NCBI GenBank assembly: GCA_000934665.2
Contig: KZ538687.1
Location: forward strand, 1-53,728
DNA from: Catajapyx aquilonaris
Lineage: Eukaryota
Reading direction: 5' to 3'
Length of the DNA: 53,728 nt
Position numbers and translations under genes: made by a program. This document shows positions 1-10,038 of this stretch, in pieces; within the stretch, counting starts at the first letter, position 1; each line of letters opens with the position of its first letter. The notes under the pieces were generated by a model. The model saw nothing but the letters and a program-made list of their open reading frames with translations. It was not told where the DNA came from and made no database searches.

Positions 1-314
1 GTAAACGAACCGATCCGTTCGAAACGAAATAGTTCATTTCGTTCGAATCCCAAAAAATTTGACCCGCGATTTTTAAACGCGTTTAAAAAACCCGAATATC
101 AACCGTTTTCAATTTTTTAAATTAACTATAACAATGTCATTTATACAATTTAATGTTTAAAAATTTGGGTACAACTATTGTCCATTTTCATAGCAGCTAA
201 ATAGTACCCATAGTATTTATGATACTAGTCATTTTACTGGAGTTAATAGACAGCGAGGCTTGATTGTTTCTAAGGAAAACAATTGTAGACAAAACGGTGC
301 AATGAAGTAGACAC

Positions 315-1672
315 ATGACGTACTCACAGGTAATTGAAGTTGCGGTTAGTTCATGCGGTACCACCAGTTGAAGCAGTACAACTGGTGCGGGTCATACCAG
401 TTCATGCGGTACGACCAGTTGAATTGGTACAACCGGTATGGTACGTACCAGTTGAATTGGTACAACTGGTACGGTATGTACCAGTTCATGCAGTACGACC
501 AGTTGAATCAGTACAACCAGTACGACCAGTTGAATCAGTACATCCGGTACAGTACAATACTGGTTCATGCGGTACGACCCGTTGAATCTGTACAACCGGT
601 ACGGTATATACCGGTTCAATCAGTACAACCGGTACGGTATATACCGGTTCAAACAGTACAATCGGTACGGTACATACCGGTTCATGCGGTATGACCAGTT
701 GAATCGGTACAACTGGTACAGTACATACCAGTTCAATCAGTACGACAGGTTCATTTGGTACACACTGTTAATTGCAGTACTGGTTCAATAGGTTCGTACC
801 GGTACTTGCATCTTGTACGTACTTTGCAGGTGCAGGAGCTGAAGGAGAAGGGAAACGAGTGTACTCGTGAGGGCAAGTATGCGGAGGCCATCTTCCATTA
901 CACCCATGCGCTTAAGTTGGACTCGAAGAATGCGGCTCTGCACAGCAACCGGTCCTTGGCGTTCCTTAAGATGCAGCAGCACTTCTTCGCGATGCAGGAC
1001 GCTGAAGCCGCAATCCGACTGGAGCCGGAGTGGCCCAAGGTGAGCGTGGCAGTTGAGTACGTAGCTGATGTGTAATCGTGCGATTTGCAGGGTTACTTCA
1101 GACGGGGCGAGGTTGAGTTTGCGACGTTTCATTTCACCGAAGCGCTGCATTCGTACCGGATGGCCTTGAAGTACCAAGGCGGGGAGGATCCGGGGCTTGA
1201 AGACACCATCCAGCGCACGATCAAAGAGCGGAATAAGGACAGGCGAGGTACGTACACTCATTGTAATGTAACCGCAATGTAACACCGTACTTGCAGCGGA
1301 CTTACAAGTACCGTGGCTGAGCGCCGCGATTGGCATCGTAATCGGCGTCACCATCGTAATCGGCGATCATGTCATGCCGCATAAGCCGTCAATGGCCGTA
1401 AGTAATCCGATGTGTATGGAACATGCCATGTAAGTAATTAGCATTTTCAGCACCCAGTAGTCAAGACCATTTTCACGATGCTGGTGGCTATGATCGGCTA
1501 TGGCCTCGGAGTCATATACCGCCATTACATACGGTACCAGCGGGCCTCGTTGCTTCAAGCGCCGGTTAATCTGTTTCCTGATGAGAAGGACGATGCTGCG
1601 GACGAACCCGAGCCAGAACCTGAACCAAGACGGCCATCGACTCGAGCCAGGCAGAGGAGAGGGAAAAGATAA
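315..1672 (+). CDS. TPR-repeat (Hop/STIP1-like carboxylate clamp) protein with two C-terminal transmembrane helices; 5 exons
   Basis: Exons 315-329, 830-1039, 1091-1247, 1297-1397, 1451-1672 join in frame via GT-AG. TPR signature ELKEKGNE..KYAEAIFHYTHAL..LHSNRS..WPKGYFRRG; hydrophobic VPWLSAAIGIVIGVTIVI and IFTMLVAMIGYGLGVIY. AATAAA at 1740. First exon is the least certain. Confidence 0.8.
335..805. repeat. Degenerate short-unit tandem repeat (GTAC/ACCAGTT/ACCGGT) filling intron 1 of the TPR gene
   Basis: Recurring units such as accagttgaatcagtaca, accggtacggtatat and gttcatgcggtacg; they produce the repetitive ORFs 334-791. Confidence 0.85.
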
Positions 1673-1898
1673 ACATGCGAAAAGTCAACGCCAACATTCC
1701 ATAGTAGTGCATTTTTATGTACATGTGCATTTTGTACCCAATAAAAATGTCCAGCGCCGGTACAAATGTACAGTTATTTACAATGGCAGAATTTATGGAG
1801 GAAAAGTGTGCCGGGAATCGCTGCGGTAACTACATGACTTGTTTGGGTGAAGGCGCAAATATCCTTAAATGCAAATAGAATGCGACCCTGTACGCATA

Positions 1899-3819
1899 TC
1901 AAAACCAGGCGTATATTTTAACCATTGCGATGACCATTAGTAGGAATCCGATGAGGGTCAGCACCTTTCTGGCTACGGCCATGTTGGCCCCCTTCACGCT
2001 CCTGACTAGCTCGTTGTTCAGCGCAAACACTCTCCGTCCTTCCTCCAACACCTGCTGACACTCCAGGTCAGTCAGAACCCCTCCGACCATCCCGTCCAGG
2101 GTGTCCCTGAGGCGTCTCTTGAGCGATGAGATGGATTGCGGAAAGTCCATGACGGCCATTCCGCCTCCTGGGTTCCTCCCGTGGCTGGACAGGTGTAGCC
2201 GCTGCTTCAGGTCCATCTTTTTCCGCAGAAGCTGCCCTCCCGAGAGCAGCCCCATGTACAGGTGGTACACGTACGCTGCCAGCAAGTACGGCGAGCGCTG
2301 CTCGATCTCTTGAAGGTGGAGGAGGTAGCTGGAACATTCCTTACAATTAGTTGTGCACTGGGGCCATACAGCCGGTCCTCTTACCTTGCGACGCTGTGCC
2401 GCACTTGGTAGTCCTGCTGCCACTTCTCGCCCAGATAGTGGGTCAAATCTGCCTCGAATGCCTCCGTCCGCCTCATCCCCTCCAGATCGATCTGGGCCAA
2501 GCAAGGGTGAGGCTGACGGTCCACCGCCTCCTCCAGGAACCGGAATATCTCGTAAAACACCAGGAGGCCCTCCGCCCACACAGTCTCATCCGACAAGGCT
2601 ACAACGGAATGGAAATTCAGAATCAACTGCACTTCCCCATCTCTACAACCACATAATGTTAATTAACACAATATAACTAATAATATAATACACCCGAAAA
2701 ATTGTCCGCATCGACCTGCAAAAGCTCATAATCTCCGGACCAATGAAACTGGGTGTTTAGGTCCCGCTGCAAAACCACTCCTCCGATAGCTCACCGAGAT
2801 CGGTCGTATTCCGTTCACCAGCCACAATGGCGGCAGTTCCTGTTGGCGATCACGTAGGCTTACATAAGGCAGTTACCACACCTACACTTACGCCCATGAG
2901 GGACAGAACCTCTTCATGACGACAGGATTATTGTCTAACAATAATGATGCAATCAACCCACAAAGAAAAGTAAATAATGTATAGGTTTTGCAAGCCACTC
3001 ATCCACCGTGTAAGCAGAAATTCTGCGACGTTTTGCATGAACATGTTTTTCCTTGTCCTGTAAAATGAATGACATTATCGCGAGATACGACGTTTTGCAT
3101 TGCCGACGACGACATGATATCAGGGTTGTGAACCGAACCCTTACTCCGTGAACCCGATAACATCGGAGCCACTCCGGAGCAAGTGTCTGAACTGGGTTCG
3201 GGTTCAAGCCGGTTCAGCCAAGGTCGGAGCAGGTCCAGAGTTTGGTTGGGAGCTTCCCAGCTTGCTCCGGAGTTTGGTTCAGGGCAACGTCTCCGGAGTT
3301 GAACCCGGTTCCAGAGGGAGGTTCGGAGCGGTTCAGAGCTTGGTTAGGTCCAACATACCAACGCAACGGTGGGAAAGGCAGAATGTGACATCCAAAAAAC
3401 GGACCGTCAGACACAAAAAATGCGTATTACATAAAAATGCGACATTTGCGGTACACTCTGTATCGCGGGTGCTTGGAAATGGTCATTCTGCCAGCATGAA
3501 AACACTCGTGAAAACATGACGCATACGCTGGAGTAAATCCAGCGGTTTTTCTGCCTTTCTCCCCCGTTGCATTGGTATGCTGCACCTAACCAAGCTCTGA
3601 ACCGCTCCCAACTTCTGCCCCACCCTGTATAATGTAATGATACGTAATGCAACTAATATTATTGACTGTGAATAATATTGAAGAGTTATTACCAAACCCA
3701 AGTTTTGCGTTGACAAGTGCGTCGCTGATGCTGTGGATGTCCCTGGTGGACCTCCGCATCTGCTTGCTCAGGGGGACGGACTTGTCCAGCGGTGCAGATG
3801 AGTCAACGATGCCCTCCAT
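1899..3819 (-). CDS. Ho: Heme oxygenase; 3 coding exons
   Basis: Exons 3819-3693, 2598-2385, 2328-1899. Proximal His helix MRRSTRDIHSISD, FYEIFRFLEE, distal motif LLAAYVYHLYMGLLSGGQ, FALNNEL and a C-terminal TM anchor. Probable 5'UTR intron ~3941-3830. Confidence 0.93.
3325..3630. mobile_element. MITE-like element with ~60-bp imperfect terminal inverted repeats in HO intron 1
   Basis: ggagcggttcagagcttggttaggt..ggaaaggcagaa (3325-3382) is inverted at ~3550-3608. The right end extends to caccctgTA, a Tc1/mariner-like terminus. An adjacent gaacc/ggttc-rich repeat starts at 3121. Confidence 0.6.
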
Positions 3820-4504
3820 ATCTCTTCTCTAAAGGCTGGGGATTGGGGAGACAATTTTTTTTTCAAGATAAAAGGTGAAAGGTGACATGTTGTGAGAGTG
3901 TCACATGTGGACAGGTGTCCAAGGGGGTGCTGTAGTGTCACCTGTTCTATATCCTGTGTGGACAACCCTTCCACGCTGCTTCTAGGTCCGGACGATGCGG
4001 GGAAGATGGCCAAAGAGAAGAAGAGGACAGAGGAAAACTATCGCTTTTTGTCCGCAAATCGAACTCATCTCTTGCAGACAGAGATTGTCTACAAAAATCG
4101 TCTTCCTCTATGGACAATCCGGACGCCATCTTTGATATTACGACTGCACTTATATAGCTATAACATTAATATTTTTTACTTGCTTGTTGGTGCCACCTAC
4201 ACGCATAATTAACACATATTGAGCTGTATTGTTAAAATTATATTAATTAAATACGCCACAACTTGGCAACATTGTCTTCCCCACACTTGAACGTAGTACG
4301 AATAGTCCACTACCAGTTGGCGCTCTATGCAAACTACTGTCGCGCTCCCAGGCGAAAAGTAGTACTACATGAACGTTGGTGATGAGGTCAACGCGGTTAG
4401 AGACAGAGTCACACATAGCCTATTATACATTTCAACACTATAACCATGAGCAGGTCAATCTTTATTTATTAGTTTTCCATCAAAAAATAATAATCTATCT
4501 GACT

Positions 4505-4800
4505 CTTCCGTCCGTCTGTCTGTGGACATGTATCAGGGCCTAAACCGCAAGAGATAGCGACAAACGGGTTTCGGATTCGGGTTCAACATGCTGATGACCC
4601 CCCCAAATATGGTTTCATGCTGGACATCCGGATGTGGATAGTACTGGACATCTGATCTGGATTTCTTATTTTATTTCCTGCATGATATGTGGATGTCTGT
4701 GGGATATATCTACGGAAGCCCCGAAGATATCCACAGGACGATTATCCAGGAATCCACGCTTGGATCTCTCATGGACGTCTCTGGGATATTGTATATCGAT
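4505..4800. repeat. Interspersed repeat remnant: (GTCY)n tract followed by ggatatcc/ggacatcc short-motif repeats
   Basis: ccgtccgtctgtctgt at 4508 (DINE-1/HINE-like microsatellite), then repeated tggacatc/ggatat/atcc motifs 4620-4790. Confidence 0.4.
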
Positions 4801-4953
4801 ACAATGTAAAGTTATAGCATACATTACTTGGCGGGAAATGAGACAGACTCAACGTTCTATGTCGTTGTGAGAGAAAAGTCTACTCGAATCACGCCAATCT
4901 TGTTTATTTGTCTTTTGATTTGTATTGTTTCCTCTCCCTCCTGGGAAGGAGAG

Positions 4954-5144
4954 GTGGGTCGGCCCATGGCGGTACTGCAATGCCGGGGCCAACCCGTGGC
5001 GGGGGAGGAGCAAGCCCCTATGCACCCCGCCCCTTCGCAAAAATCAGATTAATATACTGACCCTCATTAGAGGGACTATCAGATATTAAGCTGATAAGAA
5101 CAGATACTACACTTTGATCGGAGCCATTAAGCCCGAGAAGCGAT
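4954..5144 (-). ncRNA. U2: U2 spliceosomal snRNA (variant stem I)
   Basis: Minus strand reads ATCGCTTCTCGG..GATCAAAGTGTAGTATCTGTTCTTATCAGCTTAATATCTGATAG. Branch-point recognition GTAGTA, stem IIb CCCTC-TAAT-GAGGG, Sm site ATTTTTG, stem III GGGGCTTGCTCC and stem IV loop ATTGCAGT are all present; ~191 nt. Confidence 0.97.
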
Positions 5145-5439
5145 AGCAATAGCGGTGGACGAAGGGCCACTAGCCAGCCGCCCAATCCCTACTGGGGACA
5201 CGCAATGGTTGGTCTGACAGCAGATTACGATTGGTACGAGGCAGGCTGTGGTATGTAGTCGGTTCAAACGACGGAACAGATCGTACTGGATCTGTTGTGC
5301 ATGCCTTGTTTCGTGCTGGTCCGATATTTATACTTCAAATTAATTATGATAAGTCGAATTAGTGTCTGGGACCGCAGCGCCATCTGTCCACGGACGATAA
5401 AGATGGACTCGTAGCTGAGTGCATTGACGCCTGATATTG

Positions 5440-5500
5440 AGGCCGCCATATTGGAACTCCTGCATCACGTGACACTAAATACTGGCCTCTGATTGGCTGA
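5440..5500 (+). promoter_or_regulatory. Probable COX16 promoter motifs (YY1/Pho-like, E-box, CCAAT)
   Basis: gccgccatatt at 5442, tcacgtga at 5465 and gattggctga at 5491, 80-140 bp upstream of the ATG. Confidence 0.45.
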
Positions 5501-5580
5501 TCGGGGACTACGAGCTCAAAGATGGCCGGGTGAGCAGTGCTGCCAACAGTACGAGTCACAGGGGACCACCACGACGGGTG

Positions 5581-6030
5581 ATGTGGGATGGTCTGGTGTC
5601 GCTGTACCGTCGCAAGTCGGTCAGGTACGGCGTGCCCTTCGTCCTCTTCGTGGTCGGGGCCTCGTTCGGACTGAAGGAGTTCTCCCAGCTCAGGTTGTTG
5701 GCAACATAAGCCATGCGGTGTACTGGACATACTAATTGCGACAATTGGGCGCAGGTACAAGTACAGGAGAGTGCAGTCCGTGACGCCAGAGGATGCCGCC
5801 AAGTACGGGGTCCGGATGAAGCAGAAGGGGGAGGTCACGCTGGAGTCGGAGTACCACAAGGTCCAGAAGGTACACGGCAGGGTTCGTACTCATTGCGTAG
5901 TGCGATTAACACAATGTTGCAGATGGACATAGACACCTGGGAGAACAAGAGGGGCCCGCGTCCCTGGGAGCCGGACAGCGAGGCCATGCAGCAGCTGAGG
6001 GAGCGTGCGGCCATGAGGAGGGGTCGGTGA
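5581..6030 (+). CDS. COX16: Cytochrome c oxidase assembly protein COX16; 3 exons, 111 aa
   Basis: Exons 5581-5693, 5755-5869, 5923-6030: [67 protein letters not shown]. Contains the diagnostic YGVPF..G.FGL.EF.Q.RY and W.[9 protein letters not shown] motifs. Confidence 0.95.
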
Positions 6031-6466
6031 GGAGTGGCCAGGCGCCCTACGTGGCGTCCAGCGTAGGGGAGCTGGCCTGCGTACGGGGGCTGGACAGGTG
6101 GGGGAACAGGAACGTGCGGGTGGCTGGCCGCCTCAGGAAGGTGGCATCCGACTGGTGGCTGGAGGCCCTGGCCGAGGAGGACGGGAGGGCAATGGTCAAG
6201 GTCCTCTTCGACCTCATGGACGCACTGCCCGCGGAGCAGACCAGGCCGGTGCAGGTCTTCGGGGAGCTGCGGATGGACAGGCAGGAGCTGCTTCTGTACG
6301 CCAAGGTGCGTACCATGCACTTGTACCGTACCCTACTGTAACAACACGCTTTCAGATCGTACGTCCCGCTGACGACTTGGACCTGGCCCTGTACAACCTA
6401 GCCATCGACCTGCAGAAGGATTACGTACCGCCCTTCATCGCAACCGACTGTAATATGTTAGACTGA
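6027..6466 (+). CDS. TEN1: Small OB-fold protein, most like CST-complex subunit TEN1; start codon unresolved
   Basis: Exons 6027-6305 and 6356-6466 (50-nt GT-AG intron). NVRVAGRL..VKVLFDLM..VQVFGEL..LLYAKIVR..DLDLALYNLAIDLQKDY fits the TEN1 pattern better than its paralogue RPA3. No in-frame ATG before the middle of the domain. Confidence 0.72.
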
Positions 6467-6539
6467 ATAATAAGTTCACATTGTTGCGTTGCTGCGACTT
6501 CTCCTTTTTCTTCATGAACAGTACAATCGTTTCCAACTC

Positions 6540-7265
6540 AACGATAGACAAATGTGCTTTAAATTAAACCAAAAGGGGCCAAAAAATATATTTTATATTA
6601 CAAACATATAGTTCATATTTACACTTTTTATTTCTTGTGCCTTCTATTATATTTACATATTTTTATTTCAATTATTCGTTTATTCATTTTCATATTAATC
6701 AAATTCGTGCAATTTATATTTTCAAAAAAAGCTGGTAAATATGAAAAGAAATAAAAACCGGTAAATTTTATCCATTTTTATTTATTTTCATATTATTTTC
6801 TATTTTATTAATTTCAATTATTATTGGTCTATTTATTGCGTTTTTAAAAATCCTCAGCCCTTCAAATATATAACAATTTAAATAAATATTGATAACAAAT
6901 TTTCTACTTGCTTTTATTTATTTCAATTATTAGGTTATCAGTTTTCATATAAATAAAGTTCATACCAAGGAAATTAATAAAGTTCATATTTTTAATTAAT
7001 AAAATTCATATTTTAATGAACAAAATACATATTTTTAATTTAAAAAAATTCATATTTTTAAATACCTAAAGATTGCTGGTAAGTATGAAAAATAAATAAA
7101 TTGATAAAAAATACCAATTTTTATTTTCATATAAACATGTTTTTTATTAATTTTAATATTTGTTTCCATTTTTATTTAATACGTCAATTATTCAGTAATT
7201 TTTTCATTTTAATATGCAATTCATTCAAAAATAAATAAATAAAAATATTTGAATTTATAAATAAT
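6540..7265. repeat. Very AT-rich tract with degenerate ~345-bp duplication
   Basis: gctggtaaatatgaaaagaaataaa (6731) recurs as gctggtaagtatgaaaataaataaa (7075); many ttcatatttt units. Confidence 0.5.
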
Positions 7266-8274
7266 GCCATGCTTAAATTTCTACTGCTTGTACAGGGTGA
7301 CGACGGGTGTTCAAATCAAAAGTCGTGGGATGTTCAAAAAACGAGTTTTATTTTCACATACCATAATTGGCTATGTAAAATACTTTTTATTTTACCCAGG
7401 AGGAAAAAAAAAACTATCCTGTATGTATGTATGTAAACCAGGGTGTGTCGAATAAACAGTGTTGTACACAGAGAGGAGGGGGAGGGGGGGAAAAAAAATT
7501 GCAATAAACTGTCTGCAGAAAATATTCCGAAGCAGTACCGAGGTACACATGATTTCAAATTGTTTGCTCGTTTAAATACTGGGCAATTATCCTACTCACT
7601 AACAATATAAATAGTTGTTTTTTTAATAGGAAATATTGGATGGCAAGGTGAGAACTTAAAAACAAGAAGAGGTAAAAATCTATACAACGAGAGACCCTTA
7701 CTTTTGAACAATTCAACTACTGTACAAGAAAATATTCAAATTGTCCCACATGCTTTAATTTTAAACAAAAATTCACTGGCCAATTTTTCAAGGGTGGTAA
7801 AAAAAAAATCGGTAGGGTTTGCCGCTGCGTTAATTAATGTTTTGCGCTAAAACATTCACACGTTATGTACACCCATTCGCTCAGCCAAGGAGAAAAAATC
7901 TTGCGTTCATATAAAAAAATAACATTCTCGCTCCCAAATTTCTTCACATGTAATTTCTTTTTTTTTCCTTTCCCTTTTTTTTTTTAAACGTGATAAAACC
8001 AATATGTACATGCTTATTTACACTTGCGAGGCAAGAAAAAACAATTATTTTAAAAACATGTACGTACGGGGTCAGGGCGGGGGAGAGAGTAATTATATAC
8101 ACACATACGCAACATTATTGCTAAAGCTTACAATATTATTATTAATTTTTTTTTTTGCATATTTTCATTTTTTTTACTATAAAAAGTTTCACTGGAAGAA
8201 GCTAAAAAACATTTTGTTTTTTTGTTTTCCTGCAATAATAATTCTCATCATAGTTCTAATAATAAGTGATGATG

Positions 8275-8275
<1 letters not shown>

Positions 8276-8322
<47 letters not shown>
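8276..8322. repeat. (AAT)n microsatellite
   Basis: Perfect aat run in the presumed long ash1 3'UTR. Confidence 0.95.
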
Positions 8323-10038
8323 GAGTATTACAATACCCATGAAATGCAAAGTTGGTTTTGGTGTGAATGTACTTTTTTTTTCTTCTTCTTTAAATAAAAA
8401 ATATATAGATTAATTATTTATATGTACATCCAAATGCAACGTTACTTTTTTGACTCGTTGCAACCATTGAAAATTTTATGATGCAACAATGATCATGATT
8501 ATTATTTTTTTTGTTTAAGTACAGACATAATTGGCGGAGACATTTTTTAAAAGTTTTTAAAATTCTTTAGGTCCACACTGGGTCTTATTTCGCGGTACGT
8601 TTTCTCTGAAAGTGTTTGCAATTGTCGCGATTAGAAAATCTAATTACTGCCAACAACCAGTCGCATCTTCATCAATAAATTTTTTTCCCCCCGATTTCAC
8701 TTGTTCGCATTATTAAAATTACTTGGTAGTCAATCAGTCGTAATAATTACTCGACGGTCCTCGGCAATTGAAAAGACTTTCAGACATAAACGTATCTTCA
8801 CAATAATTATCTTTAAAAAAACAATCGTGGCGACTAGTAGATTTAAGCTGCTTCCTAATTGCCAACAATGGTGCTATTTGTACTTTGAGATAATTGCTGT
8901 CGTCATTAGGCATGGGACGCTGTTGATTACGTTTAAAAAAAAAACTGGCCATTTTTAAAAAATGAAATGCGTTTGCTCCTGCCCTATACATTTGGCCTTC
9001 ATTTTTTTAGTCACAAAAATAATGACCGTTCATTCGTCAAGTATTTTTTTAAAAAAAAGCTTTTCAGATGGCAGATGCCGTTGCCTTCTCTCGTCAAAAC
9101 CTGTTCGCAACACTTTAAAACAAAAAGCAGTTATTTATCAATATGAATCAAGAGTTTGATATTAATGCAATATTTGTTAAAAAAATTGGCACAACGGCCC
9201 TGTCATCTGAAAGCAGGGAGTCGATGAGATTCTTTTCGCCAAAACCCACACACAATATTATTATTTCCCCCAGAACTTCAAACAAGTGCCTCGGTATGAG
9301 ATACGTGCGTTGATGCAAAGCTACCGAAAAATCACTCTCCCTTCAACATATTAAAAAAAAGTGCAAGCATTTGGCAAAAAAAAACTAGTAATACAAAAAA
9401 ATGCTGTGATGTCATTTTGCAATCCACCTCAAAATACTGATAAAAAGAGATTCGTTAAAAAAAACGAATATTTTCATTTATGACACAAATCAGTCTAAAA
9501 AATTTATCAACTTTGGCCCACATACGATGCGCCTTTAAAGAAATGCTTCAAAGTATCACACCTCAATGCTTCGGTAACGAGTATTGAGCAATTAGGATTT
9601 GGCAAATCACTGGGCTTTGTTACAAGCTGGAGGAAGTAATAAAATTAACTCGCTCCGTACTTCGCAAAAAAAAAAAAAACAATTGCATTAATCGCAAAGG
9701 CGCATAGGAATAATATTGCTGTCTTTTCGGGAGCTTTCCTGGCACTACGAACAATAGCAAAACAGCAGCACAGGCTTCATGGCAGACACGCTCTTAAGAA
9801 AAAAAAAACAAATTACGGAGAGTGATAGTGCAGGTGCTGGCATCGTAACAAACCCTGAGTCTCTTGAAAGCAAAAAAATCAGACGTAACATACGACGTGC
9901 CGAATTTCAAAAAAAATAATTATGATTGAACTTTTCGTCCCAGTCCTCATGTCCTCTGATTCTTCAAGGAAGCGCGGATCCGCTCCTTGAATGCTTCTCT
10001 CCGTCTCTCTCAACGCCCTGTTTTCAGATGAGCCATTC

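Noticed and set aside
334..791. Repetitive ORFs (PVHAVR.., YNRY..) as proteins or a CRISPR-like array
   Set aside because: By-products of an intronic short tandem repeat; no constant repeat with unique spacers, and the context is eukaryotic.
5244..5300. tRNA-like sequence (tagtcggttcaaac) with an 8-bp hairpin
   Set aside because: No cloverleaf or acceptor stem; A/B-box spacing is wrong.
6010..6030. Canonical -1 slippery heptamer at the COX16/TEN1 junction
   Set aside because: No X XXY YYZ site is visible, so classical frameshifting is not supported; other mechanisms remain open.
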